Of a stretch of DNA of 64,000 bases, positions 36,097-45,724 are shown in pieces. Each line of letters begins with the position of its first letter. Positions within the stretch are counted from its first letter, which is position 1. A program made the translations under genes and the position numbers. The DNA lies in assembly GCA_016212515.1 (NCBI GenBank), contig JACRFZ010000037.1:6549-70548 (forward strand), read 5' to 3'. The stretch comes from Candidatus Melainabacteria bacterium (GTDB lineage: Bacteria; Cyanobacteriota; Vampirovibrionia; Obscuribacterales; Obscuribacteraceae). The notes under the pieces were generated by a model. It was not told the origin of the DNA. It saw nothing but the letters and a program-made list of their open reading frames with translations, and made no database searches.

Positions 36097-36615
36097 CTAT
36101 TGATAAGGTTTGAACTCACGAGGGAGAGGCTCGCTGGCACCTTGAGGTAACTGCCCGACATTGGTGAATGCAAAGTTGATCTTCACCATCTGGGCATTGT
36201 ACTGGGCAGCCAGATCATTGAAGCTAGCCTTCATTCCAGCGACCTCAGCAGTGATCTGATTGAAGGATTCAAGATCGGTGCGGGCCCACTGGGAGCGAGG
36301 CTGGGGCTTGCCGTCCACGATATAGGCATCGGTCAGAGCCTTCAGTCGCAATTCCTGGGCGACAATATTGGCTTTCTTGGCATCCAATTGAGCGCTGGCA
36401 TCTTTGAACCACTCGTATTTCTTGAGCAAGGCTCGGGGAGAAGTCTCTTCCCGCACCACTTGAGCGCCGTCATTAACATAGCCGATAACGAAGTTGACAG
36501 CACCGATACCCAGACTTGCCACCACGATGATGAGAAAGACCATCCAGATATAGGAAATCGGACCTTTAGAATTGTTCGGATCGAGATTGTTCCAGTCGTT
36601 AAGTTTGCGACTCAT
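36097..36615 (-). CDS. Single-pass membrane protein, distantly LemA-like
   Basis: One TM (ISYIWMVFLIIVVASLGIGAVNFVIG). The C-terminal '...YNAQMVKINFAFTNVG' is like the LemA '...YN..i..FP.n..a..fgf'. GAGGAA is upstream. Confidence 0.5.
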   Translation of the reverse strand: MSRKLNDWNNLDPNNSKGPISYIWMVFLIIVVASLGIGAVNFVIGYVNDGAQVVREETSPRALLKKYEWFKDASAQLDAKKANIVAQELRLKALTDAYIVDGKPQPRSQWARTDLESFNQITAEVAGMKASFNDLAAQYNAQMVKINFAFTNVGQLPQGASEPLPREFKPYQ

Positions 36616-36724
36616 ACGTTTATTCCTCAGAAACTAGTTTTGTTTTGGAAAAGAGAATTGGCAAAAGCAACCAAGCGGCAGACATGGTCTGCCGCTGGTA
36701 GAAGAGCGATGAAGCAGAAATGAC

Positions 36725-37270
36725 CTACTTCTTCACTTGCTCAAGATTCAGAACTACGCTGGGTACGTTCAAAGGCTGGTCTGAAATATGAATAATCTGA
36801 CCGCCGGTGAAATAGTGTTGATGATAGCGCCCGGAAGAATCAAACCAGAAGATGTATTCCGAGGACGTACCATAGGTACCGTCGTCTTGCAACACCTCGG
36901 AAGTGTAATGCTTATCGCCGCCGAACATAATCGGAAAACCGTAGGTAGAGCTGTTGATCGTGTTGGGCGTGAGACGCTTGCCGGAGGATGTCACCTTGCC
37001 TTTGACGGTACTGTAGATTAACACCTGCCCGCTAGTAGGGGCGATAATGTAGAGGTGCTTGACTGAACCGACTGCGTTATCGAGCAAAAGTCGCTTTTCA
37101 ATGTTTGACTGTTCAATGGTCTTGCCGGTGGTTGGATCAACGGCAACCTGCACATTCACCTTCTGCACACCGGAAGTGGCGCTAGGCTGTTCCGGTGTGT
37201 AACCGCAACTGACCAGATTCGCCAAAACAAACAGACCGGACAAACCGAAAAGTACGCGATTGAATTTCAT
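36725..37270 (-). CDS. Lipoprotein, paralog 1 of a tandem pair
   Basis: Signal peptide with lipobox (LANLVSCG). It shares long identical blocks with the next gene (VDPTTG.T.EQSNI, LIYSTVKGKVTSSGKRLTP, LQDDGTYG, GRYHQH.FT.GQ.IHIS.QPL). Confidence 0.7.
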   Translation of the reverse strand: MKFNRVLFGLSGLFVLANLVSCGYTPEQPSATSGVQKVNVQVAVDPTTGKTIEQSNIEKRLLLDNAVGSVKHLYIIAPTSGQVLIYSTVKGKVTSSGKRLTPNTINSSTYGFPIMFGGDKHYTSEVLQDDGTYGTSSEYIFWFDSSGRYHQHYFTGGQIIHISDQPLNVPSVVLNLEQVKK

Positions 37271-37325
37271 AGTAACCTCGTGAGTTTTCTACTTGTACTG
37301 CATGGACATGAACAGCGAAACGCGC

Positions 37326-37862
37326 CTATTGACTCAAATTCAAGACAACTGAAGTCTGCGCCAGCGGTTGAGCGGAAATATGAATCACCTGCCCTTCTGT
37401 AAAGAAGTGCTGGTGATATCGTCCCTGAGCATCGAACCAATAGAGATATGGCACGGAGTTGCCATAGGTGCCGTCATCCTGAAGAATCTCAGTAGTAATG
37501 TACTCGGCACCACCAATCACAACTCTTTGACCTTCGTAATGCACACAGTCCTTTCCGCAGTCGTATTTCTCAACGGTGGTGCGGGGGGTGAGGCGCTTAC
37601 CGGAGGAGGTGACCTTTCCTTTGACTGTAGAATAAATCAAAGCCTGACCGGACTCAGGACTGAGTACGTAAAAGTGAGCAATATGACCGGTTCTGTTATC
37701 CTCCGTGAGGCGATTAACAATATTGCTCTGTTCCGTGGTGCGACCGGTAGTTGGGTCCACTGGCACACGCACACTGACACGACCTACAGCTAGAGCGGCA
37801 AAAGAGATACCGCAACTGAGCAGCGCCAGTGAAAGAAAGATGGATCTAGTTGGAAATTTCAT
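37326..37862 (-). CDS. Secreted/lipoprotein, paralog 2 of the tandem pair
   Basis: The start was moved to ATG 37862 (MKFPTRSIFLSLALLSCG...). ATG and TGA overlap the upstream prepilin-like ORF as ATGA. Confidence 0.7.
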   Translation of the reverse strand: MKFPTRSIFLSLALLSCGISFAALAVGRVSVRVPVDPTTGRTTEQSNIVNRLTEDNRTGHIAHFYVLSPESGQALIYSTVKGKVTSSGKRLTPRTTVEKYDCGKDCVHYEGQRVVIGGAEYITTEILQDDGTYGNSVPYLYWFDAQGRYHQHFFTEGQVIHISAQPLAQTSVVLNLSQ

Positions 37863-38098
37863 TGCAAAGCTCCAGACTTTAGAAATTCGGTACCGGAGAC
37901 GGAAGCTAATTGATGCTGATTCGCTTGTCCGAAACAATGGGCAGGACGTGGAACTCGCCCCGGCGGGGGACAGTAGGAACGGTGGCGAAAGGCTGCGGGA
38001 AAGAACATTGCAACAATTACGCCAACAAAAATGAGGCAGACGAGCAATTCAATCAGGGTAAAACCTTTATCTCGGCGATCCGTGGGTTTTAATTTCAA
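37859..38098 (-). CDS. Short protein with prepilin-type N-terminal cleavage/methylation motif (79 aa)
   Basis: MKLKPTDRRDKG|FTLIELLV... is the classic G-FTLIELL signature. The TTG start has AAGGAG 9 nt upstream. The protein is unusually short and has a low-complexity tail. Confidence 0.6.
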   Translation of the reverse strand: MKLKPTDRRDKGFTLIELLVCLIFVGVIVAMFFPAAFRHRSYCPPPGRVPRPAHCFGQANQHQLASVSGTEFLKSGALQ

Positions 38099-38210
38099 AA
38101 TATGAGGCTCCTTGAGTTAACGGATGAGAATGAAGAATTTGATGGAGGCAAGTCAGTGCACAAAGGTCCGTGAATATAGACCCCTGTGCACGATGCCCAA
38201 TTGAAAGATG

Positions 38211-40034
38211 CTAGCTGCCGGTCAGAGCTTCAAGGTCCATATCTTTGATGGAAGTGACAGCTAAATCAGCACTACCTCCGATGAACTCAATTTGCACACT
38301 GTCGCCGACTTGCATGAGCGGTAAGTCGCGGCTGACTTTCAGGGTTGCGGTAAAGGGCTTACTTTGACCGGTCAGCAAAACATGGAAAGTGGATTCACCT
38401 TGCTCTACCGACAAACCTAGCCGCACAATCTGACCAGAAGCCTTCTGCAACTGAGCTAATTGAGAGATCTCAGCAGCCGATAGACCACCTCCGCTGGCCA
38501 GATAGCTGGCATAGCGCGAAAGTGCAGTGTTCATGTCCGGCGCCATAATTACGTTGGCACCATTCAAATGCCGGGCGTCCACCAGGCCGACTGCAGCAAA
38601 AGATTGTCCGTGGCTGCCCTGCGCCTGCGTATAAACACCAACCCAGGTCGGCACTGAGTTAATCGAGTACAACTGTACCGCATCGATAGGGAAGGAACGA
38701 ATATTACTGGCAGCATTCTGAAATGTGTGGGTGACATTCTCGCCTACACCAAGTCCGCTCAAGCCCGGATAGAAGATACCTTTGTTATCGCGGGTGTCAT
38801 AGAGAATCACACCGGTAGAACTGGCATTCGATGACTGATGGGAACGCATGGGAATGAGCCAAACCGGAATATCGGAGTTGTTATAGACCAATTCCGGGGT
38901 CTCAGGAGTCATCTGATACTGTCCGGCAAAGTTAGGCCATTGATTGCGGCTATCAGCAGATGACCAAAGTCCCCACTGAAACACACGATCAGTGACCAGG
39001 CTGCTTGAAAAGACTCGGTCTAACCAGGCGGGAGCCTGACCCGGCTCATATTCAACAATATTGCCGGAGGTGGCATCGACTACCAGGATTTTCTTAACCA
39101 CGGTACCTGTAACACCAAACTGAGGGGTTAGCACCGCTGCTGTGAAATGAGGATGGAAGTCCTCGTCAATCTCGAAGGTCGGTTTATCTAACATAGTGTA
39201 ACCATATTGATAAACATGGCGATAGAGATTCTGCTGGAAAAAAGCACCAGGTAGATATCGCAAGGGCGCGCTGCTAACAATTCGAGCATCGGCATTGGGG
39301 TTCTCCGCATCCACAAGCACATAGCCGGGGCTAGCCTCGATCTTCTTGCTAAAGATTCCGAACTGGCTCAAAGGGTTAGCATATTCAAGCGGAGCAGCGT
39401 AATACAAATGACCTGCAATTGACTGACGAACCCATTCCTCGGGTCTCAATAAGAACAGAGAGCCAAGATTGTCACCGACACTGTTGAGAGCTTGCTGCCC
39501 AAGATATTGAGCAATATCGGGTGTAACTAGAACAATGTTCTTGGTGTCGGTCTCGGGCAGCTTGTCTTCCGGGCTGGCCACTTCAATATTTGCCAGAGCG
39601 GCAAATTTCTCAGCCTTGTCGGCGCCCCAGGTAACAGCGGCTGTGTTGACAGTCCAGAGCGAACACTCTGCTAATAGAATGATCAGAGCGGCACAGATAA
39701 GGGCAAAACCTGAATTAGAGTCCTCTTCAAGTTGACTGGCGATGAAGCCGGCCAACCCAACATATATAGTCAGCGCGAAAACAGTCCAGCCCTGACCAAA
39801 GAGAAAACCTTCTTGCACAGGCAGAAAGAAATAGAAGACCAGGAAGTTATAGGCGAGACTACTGGGTATTGTCCACGCGAGGGCGCATCGGACAACGCCA
39901 TTCTTCTTGCTGGAGAGGGTGACAAGACCGACAACCAAAGCTGTCTCCAGAAGCGACCAACTGACTGTACTGGCTAGAAAACTGATCATCAGTGTAAAAA
40001 CTCCAAAAATAAATTGACTAGGGAAAGCCCCCAA
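38211..40034 (-). CDS. Large polytopic membrane protein with a ~430-aa extracytoplasmic domain; no family recognised
   Basis: About 5-6 N-terminal hydrophobic helices are followed by a long soluble region. The start is uncertain (TTG 40034 or ATG 39989). Confidence 0.65.
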   Translation of the reverse strand: MGAFPSQFIFGVFTLMISFLASTVSWSLLETALVVGLVTLSSKKNGVVRCALAWTIPSSLAYNFLVFYFFLPVQEGFLFGQGWTVFALTIYVGLAGFIASQLEEDSNSGFALICAALIILLAECSLWTVNTAAVTWGADKAEKFAALANIEVASPEDKLPETDTKNIVLVTPDIAQYLGQQALNSVGDNLGSLFLLRPEEWVRQSIAGHLYYAAPLEYANPLSQFGIFSKKIEASPGYVLVDAENPNADARIVSSAPLRYLPGAFFQQNLYRHVYQYGYTMLDKPTFEIDEDFHPHFTAAVLTPQFGVTGTVVKKILVVDATSGNIVEYEPGQAPAWLDRVFSSSLVTDRVFQWGLWSSADSRNQWPNFAGQYQMTPETPELVYNNSDIPVWLIPMRSHQSSNASSTGVILYDTRDNKGIFYPGLSGLGVGENVTHTFQNAASNIRSFPIDAVQLYSINSVPTWVGVYTQAQGSHGQSFAAVGLVDARHLNGANVIMAPDMNTALSRYASYLASGGGLSAAEISQLAQLQKASGQIVRLGLSVEQGESTFHVLLTGQSKPFTATLKVSRDLPLMQVGDSVQIEFIGGSADLAVTSIKDMDLEALTGS

Positions 40035-40045
40035 CCCAAACGGTC

Positions 40046-40079
40046 AAAAACCGCAACAGAAGAATCTGCTGCGGTTTTT
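40046..40079. terminator. Bidirectional intrinsic terminator
   Basis: AAAAACCGCAACA pairs with TGCTGCGGTTTTT (one mismatch) with an 8-nt loop. The A-run and T-run flanks give a U tract on either strand. It separates the Rieske cluster from the pilin-like cluster. Confidence 0.75.
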
Positions 40080-40334
40080 GTGAAAATAGGGAACGGGTGT
40101 GAATTGACTGGATGGACTTTCCTAAACGAGCGGTGCAAAGATATGCCTCAAACCAACCAGAAAGAGCCCCTCTTTGCAACCCGGCGATGGCGGCAATGAT
40201 CCATCAAAGATGCGCAGAGCGCCCGCCAGAGGCAGGTCATCGGTTGGCGCTAACCTGGCCCATGGTGAATCTACGGGCCAGAGCTGGCAGCGCTAACCAC
40301 AGGCAAGCAATCGTCTTATTCCTTCACACAAACC

Positions 40335-41369
40335 CTATGCTCCGTGCACCAGACCTCTTAAGAGACTTCGATACTGAAGCTCGGTGGCATCGCTGGCCAC
40401 AGACAATTCACCGTTCGGGAAAAGAGGCATGGGCCCGAGCTGAGACTCTACCACGGCACGGTCGGCATCGAAGACCTTAGTTGTCTGGGAGCGGAACTCA
40501 AAGTCCCAGAGTGGATTGGTGAGGAAGTTTCGATAGGCCACCCAGTAAGTACGGGTCTTGCCCTCGGCTATGGGTACGTTTGCATCAATAATTACCATCT
40601 TCTTCCCAAAACCAAGGTCGAGGTCCAGCCTGGTTAAATTGGGAATCAGGAATGAGACGCTGCCCTTAACCGACAGCTTCTGCCCACCCTTGACCAGCCA
40701 CTGCATAGCCTTCTGCACAAAATTATCAGGTGGCAGAAGCAACTGCTCAGCCGTTGCCCCACCGGCAAAGCGAATGGGGCGAAAGGCACCGACCTCGGTA
40801 CGATCGCTATTGCCAAACTGCTTTGGATGCACAAAGGGCAAGTGAGAAAAATCGATACCGTTGGCCGTCACCCGTGTGAAATCTGCCTGCCAATCGTAAA
40901 CACCGGAAATAGTGCGCCAGGAGCCAGACTCCAGGGAAAAGAAAGGCTCTACATCAGGGGTAAATTCAGGCTCTGAACCAAGATCTGAATCCACAAGCCG
41001 GAACTGCAAAGACTGGTCGGAAAGAACAACCCCGGTCTCGATGAAAACCCAGCCGGCAAGAGCAAGGGTCTTTATGGCGCGGGTTTGAAACCTGGAACCA
41101 AGCTTGTGTTCCCCGTGAGCGGGAATGCGCTTTACCGCACCGCAGCCGTCAAACTCCCAGCCGTGCAGGGGACAAGCCAAACAACCTTGGCTTACCTTTC
41201 CTAACGCCAGGGAGGCTTGCCGGTGCGGACAGGCATCAAGGAGGCAAGCCGGTCCCTCCGGCGTATCAAACAAAACAACAGGCTGATCCAGGCAAGTCAA
41301 CTGCAAAGGTTTATCCTTTAAATGCAGAAGGGATGGACCAGCCAACCAAACTCTTTTCATTGAACTCAT
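40335..41369 (-). CDS. Rieske [2Fe-2S] non-heme iron oxygenase (PaO/Tic55-like)
   Basis: CPH-x16-CPLH Rieske motif, and D-x2-H-x4-H (NGIDFSHLPFVH) for mononuclear iron. GGAGG is upstream. Confidence 0.85.
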   Translation of the reverse strand: MSSMKRVWLAGPSLLHLKDKPLQLTCLDQPVVLFDTPEGPACLLDACPHRQASLALGKVSQGCLACPLHGWEFDGCGAVKRIPAHGEHKLGSRFQTRAIKTLALAGWVFIETGVVLSDQSLQFRLVDSDLGSEPEFTPDVEPFFSLESGSWRTISGVYDWQADFTRVTANGIDFSHLPFVHPKQFGNSDRTEVGAFRPIRFAGGATAEQLLLPPDNFVQKAMQWLVKGGQKLSVKGSVSFLIPNLTRLDLDLGFGKKMVIIDANVPIAEGKTRTYWVAYRNFLTNPLWDFEFRSQTTKVFDADRAVVESQLGPMPLFPNGELSVASDATELQYRSLLRGLVHGA

Positions 41370-41426
41370 ATAGACAGCCTCCAGAGAAACTTTTGCTGGA
41401 ACTTTCGATAGATGTTTAGCGGTCCG

Positions 41427-42140
41427 TCAAGAGTAGCCATTCAAGCGCTTCAGCACTTCCACCTGTCCGTCGCGAGCCTGCTGAGTCAGGTGACTATCAT
41501 GACCGGTATGGCTTTCTAGAATAGGGAGAGCGAGACGATAACAATCAAGAGCATCTTGCAATTGTCCATGCTGGAACATAATGAGAGCCAGATTATTGAG
41601 AAGACGTCCTTCCCGCTCCGAGTTCTTGCCGTAGATTTTGCGAGCCAGTTCGATGCATGAGCGCAAGTCATCTTCCGAGTCATTGGTCATACCAAGGGCG
41701 TTTCGCACGGAAGCGCGCGCAAAGAGGGCGTCGAGTTTGACCTTGTCGCGACCGGAAAGGGCAGCAATGTCGCAAGCCCGTTCCACCAGAGAAAGAGCCT
41801 GCCGCTCGGAGCTAGCCCCAATGTTGCCGCGCAGATAGCAGAGCGCCTGCTGAGCGAAAATTCCTGCACTCAAGGGCAGATTTTGGATACCGGAGGCGGC
41901 GAGATTCTGCTCAGCCTCTTGCAGGTAGCGCAAGGCACCATTAAACTCGTTGCGTCGCAATAGCTCCTTGGCCAGATGATAGTTGCGAGTGGCACGCTGT
42001 TCGTCGGCACCATTTAGATAAGGACTGTTGAGAACCCGCTCCCGCCCCCAGAATTTGGCGTAGCGAAACATGAACTTAAAGCCAAGCGCAGCCATAATGA
42101 GAGCTGCCAAACCCAGGCCGGAATCGTAACTGTTAATCAT
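41427..42140 (-). CDS. Membrane-anchored TPR-repeat protein
   Basis: N-terminal TM (GLGLAALIMAALGFKF) followed by TPR-like repeats (…ALRYLQEAEQ…, …NNLALIMFQHGQLQDALDCYRLAL…). ATG 42140 has GGAGAA upstream. Confidence 0.65.
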   Translation of the reverse strand: MINSYDSGLGLAALIMAALGFKFMFRYAKFWGRERVLNSPYLNGADEQRATRNYHLAKELLRRNEFNGALRYLQEAEQNLAASGIQNLPLSAGIFAQQALCYLRGNIGASSERQALSLVERACDIAALSGRDKVKLDALFARASVRNALGMTNDSEDDLRSCIELARKIYGKNSEREGRLLNNLALIMFQHGQLQDALDCYRLALPILESHTGHDSHLTQQARDGQVEVLKRLNGYS

Positions 42141-42218
42141 TTCAGATTCTCCAGAGAAAGAAAAGAAAACGGCGGGAGCACTTAAAACACCCCCGCCCAC
42201 TGAACTGGAATATGGAAA

Positions 42219-43325
42219 TCATGCAAATGAGCGTCGACAGAAGCGCTCATATGTCCGAATTTGACCACGCATAGGCGATGGAAGAGGTTGCTTGCCGGAG
42301 GCGGTTACTGAGTAGCCCAACTCCGCTTCAGCAAGACCGTTCTTGCGCCACAGTTCGCGGTAGAAAGCCGGGAAGGCGTCAGAACGCAAGACTATGCGAG
42401 GAAGCTGTCCTTCCGTCTCAATCGTTTCCACCACGCGCTGGTCTTCTTTGAGTATTCGAGCGATATTAAGTGTGGCCAGGAAGTCCACAACCTTCAAGTA
42501 AGGCTCGGGGCCCTTATTGAAATAGTTTCGGAAGAAGAAATAGCGCAAGCGCGTAGTGCTGTCGGTCTCTGGTGTGAGAGCAGTGAAAACGGCAAGCTGA
42601 TACTGTCCCGATTGGAAGCGAACCAAGATGGCACCAGGAAAGAACATGGTCACTTCGATGGGGGTAAGGCCTGCTCTGGTGGCACGATCCCCAGGCATAA
42701 AGAGAGCGCCCGTTTCGGACAACTTGTACTCAACCTGAGCGCTTCCACCCCAGGCACCACGAACCACATCATAAGGCTCAACACGGCTATAGAGACGGTC
42801 ACCAAAGGCATGTGTTGCATGAACGTGGGCTACATCCATGAGATTCTCAGCCACCAGGGGCAGCGGCACCTGCCAGAGAGTCTGGCCGGCTACACAGCGG
42901 AATTGCTTATCGGCAAAAAATGGAGCCGCAGGCGGCTTGTTGTCATCGGCAAGAGTTGTTCCGACATAAACCCAGACCAAGCCCGAGTTTGCATCCTCGT
43001 GTACCGGATAATTTTCCAAGAGGGCATTAACTGGTACCTTCCCATCAGGTTGAGCGGGCACCATGGTGCACACACCTGCCTCGAAAGTCCAGCGGTGATA
43101 GGGACAGATCAGATTGCTACCCTCCACATCACCAATAAGTAAGGAAGCGCCACCATGGGGGCAAACCGAACTGACCGCTACAAGCTTTCCTTGTGAGTCG
43201 CGATAAACGGCCAGTTTGCGCCCCCAGAGACTGACTGCCACAGGTTTCTCACGGCTTGGGAAGTCGGAAGAGACACCGATTGGATACCAGCCGGAGACAA
43301 TAGTCTCAGAACCTAACTTAGACAT
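42219..43325 (-). CDS. Rieske [2Fe-2S] non-heme iron oxygenase (PaO/Tic55-like), second copy
   Basis: CPH-x16-CPYH motif and ENLMDVAHVHATH (E-x3-D-x2-H-x4-H). Confidence 0.85.
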   Translation of the reverse strand: MSKLGSETIVSGWYPIGVSSDFPSREKPVAVSLWGRKLAVYRDSQGKLVAVSSVCPHGGASLLIGDVEGSNLICPYHRWTFEAGVCTMVPAQPDGKVPVNALLENYPVHEDANSGLVWVYVGTTLADDNKPPAAPFFADKQFRCVAGQTLWQVPLPLVAENLMDVAHVHATHAFGDRLYSRVEPYDVVRGAWGGSAQVEYKLSETGALFMPGDRATRAGLTPIEVTMFFPGAILVRFQSGQYQLAVFTALTPETDSTTRLRYFFFRNYFNKGPEPYLKVVDFLATLNIARILKEDQRVVETIETEGQLPRIVLRSDAFPAFYRELWRKNGLAEAELGYSVTASGKQPLPSPMRGQIRTYERFCRRSFA

Positions 43326-43344
43326 AGGAGATCCTAACCATCAA

Positions 43345-44166
43345 CTAGTTGATATCAATGACATAAAAGGGATGAAGAAAGGCTGCTACGAAAGCAGAGC
43401 GTGCAGAATCATTAGCTCGCTTCATTTCGTCGGCATCAGTGAGATTGAGGCTGTCAACAAAGCACTGAGAAGCGGCGGCAATAGCATCGTTAATATGCAA
43501 AGCAGCAGCCGATGCATAGCTAATCAGGCGCTCCTCGTGCAACAGCGGTTGAGCCGATACAGCAGCACTAACTTCTAAAGAAGTGGAGCGGCGCCAGTGT
43601 TCCAACACGCCAAAATAAAGGGCAATGGAGGAGATTGCCCCGTCCAGTTCTGAGAGAACCTCGCTCACATTAAGAGATGAGCCGGCCGCTTTGGGAAACT
43701 GCAGATTCTCAGAGATAAAGCTTCTCAGCTGACTCAAGCGCTTAGAATTATCACAGGCTATTCGCCAGAACACACCACTTTCGGCAGCAATAGAAACATT
43801 GGCAGGTAGAAGGGTAAAGACCCCGGTAAGCACCTCCCAGATGCCGAAACCGGCTGAGCCGACTAAAGTACTAGTGAGTCCGTAAACGGGAATCTGCAAG
43901 AGTGCTTCTGTCAGTTCGTAGAATGCAGAGGAAACGGCTTCGTAGAAGGCATCATCTCCCCCAGCTACATTTTCACTATCCAACTCGAAGGACAATCGCG
44001 CCAGCGGACACGTGATATACTTGCTCTTGGATGAATCACCCGTGACATCGTGAGCAGAGAAGAACAGCTGGGCGTCAGGAATAAGCAGACTGACCAATCG
44101 CTTGACCAGATAGGCCTCAGGGCTGAGACCGGCAACAAGCACATGGCTGGAATCGTTAATTTTCAT
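43345..44166 (-). CDS. Hypothetical protein (273 aa)
   Basis: Long ORF, 19 nt upstream of the Rieske gene. No motif recognised. Confidence 0.55.
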   Translation of the reverse strand: MKINDSSHVLVAGLSPEAYLVKRLVSLLIPDAQLFFSAHDVTGDSSKSKYITCPLARLSFELDSENVAGGDDAFYEAVSSAFYELTEALLQIPVYGLTSTLVGSAGFGIWEVLTGVFTLLPANVSIAAESGVFWRIACDNSKRLSQLRSFISENLQFPKAAGSSLNVSEVLSELDGAISSIALYFGVLEHWRRSTSLEVSAAVSAQPLLHEERLISYASAAALHINDAIAAASQCFVDSLNLTDADEMKRANDSARSAFVAAFLHPFYVIDIN

Positions 44167-44278
44167 ATTTTTGACAAAGTTGTTTTGGATAATTGTCTTG
44201 AGACTGGATGGTCTGAGCAGGGAAAGGACCAGAACGCGGTGCAGTCAGGAAGAGCACCGCGTCCAATCCAACAAATCA

Positions 44279-45199
44279 CTACCCCTTACTTTCATCGGCT
44301 CCTGGGTGGGACGGCGCGGAACCACCATCAAGGAGCAATTCCGGAGGCGCGCCGGATTGGCTCTCCAACTCGCTGGCAGCCTGAAGAACATCTCGGTACC
44401 AACGGGCATTGAAGCGGCACACAAGAGCCATGGCACTGAACTCAATCAGGGGTTCAAGCACATTCATGAGTGCGGGACTCAGTCCCATCATGCCAACATT
44501 GGCTAGAATTGCCGCGAAGTAAATGCCGGCAGAGCGCTTGATCAAAGTGGAGCCCCAGATAATGCTTCGATAAATGGCGGCAAAGTCAAAGGCTTGACGC
44601 AAATCTCCGCTGTGAGCGAAGCGGGCAAGCCCGACGGGAGCCATAACGATGATCACCCAGAAGGAGAAAGGCATGGTGAAGCAAGCCGAAGAAAGAAAGA
44701 GACTCAGGTAAGAAGCCTCTGTGGCAGAGGGGCTAGCAGGAGAATTGACTGCGAGAAGTACAAGGAAATAAAGCGGTAAGCTCAACGAAAGAGCAAACAA
44801 CGCGTAAACAATTTGCACCAGGTTGGTAAACAGACCAAGCTTAAATAAACGCAGCAAGTCAGTAAGGTTCAGCCTGGGCCAGATCGCCAGATGGTTGTGA
44901 GCATCGCCGTGAATCTCCTCTTGCATGATGCGCAAGTAGTACCCCGCGGCAACAGACTCAATGAAGAAACTAAGCAAAACTCCAACCCAGGGCAAGCGGA
45001 ACACTCCCAGCACGGCTAGAAGCAAGATGTAACCGTAAATAAGGGAAGCGAGACTTTCACTCTTGATGAAAAGAACGATAAAGTCGCGGAGCTTAACTCG
45101 CACGGTGGGTTGGGTTTCCACATCGAGATAGGCGCGAGCGCCGACCTCAATTAACTTCTGTTCTTCCATGAGCTTGTCCCGCGTGGACTCGGCATCCAT
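44279..45199 (-). CDS. Polytopic membrane protein (306 aa), family unknown
   Basis: Several hydrophobic helices. GGAG is upstream of the ATG. Confidence 0.6.
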   Translation of the reverse strand: MDAESTRDKLMEEQKLIEVGARAYLDVETQPTVRVKLRDFIVLFIKSESLASLIYGYILLLAVLGVFRLPWVGVLLSFFIESVAAGYYLRIMQEEIHGDAHNHLAIWPRLNLTDLLRLFKLGLFTNLVQIVYALFALSLSLPLYFLVLLAVNSPASPSATEASYLSLFLSSACFTMPFSFWVIIVMAPVGLARFAHSGDLRQAFDFAAIYRSIIWGSTLIKRSAGIYFAAILANVGMMGLSPALMNVLEPLIEFSAMALVCRFNARWYRDVLQAASELESQSGAPPELLLDGGSAPSHPGADESKG

Positions 45200-45724
45200 G
45201 GCAACTCCAGATTAATAAAACAGACTGAGACAATTTCCACCGGCGCCTACCTCTACTCATAAAACTGAGCATTAATCCAGACAGGCTAAAGATTTAGAAG
45301 GTGTGCGACGATTTCAGAAAGGTAAACACTCTGGTGAGAAATTGAATTCATGGTTAACATCCCAAGTCAATCAGAATCGCTGGTCAAGAGCAACGCAAGA
45401 GGTTACGGGCTGCTTTAATCCGAAGGCTGGAAGTGCCACAGATAGAGCAATGGTGGCTCCGCAGCAAGATGAAACACCGCTCATCCGGCAGAAACGACTA
45501 CCTGCAGTTCGCGCAAAGCGCTCTACTCCGATAGCGACGCCAGGATTATTTTTCCGACTTCTCCCAAACTACATGCGAAGCAATCAGGAGACCTTGACTG
45601 TAGAACCAATCTCAGGCTTAGGCTGCAAGTATCAAGTCCTTATCATCCTGCAACCTGCAAACTTAGAAACAAACTCCAAATTCCAAACCAAATAACTGGT
45701 CGCAGAAGAAACATCGAAATCTAG

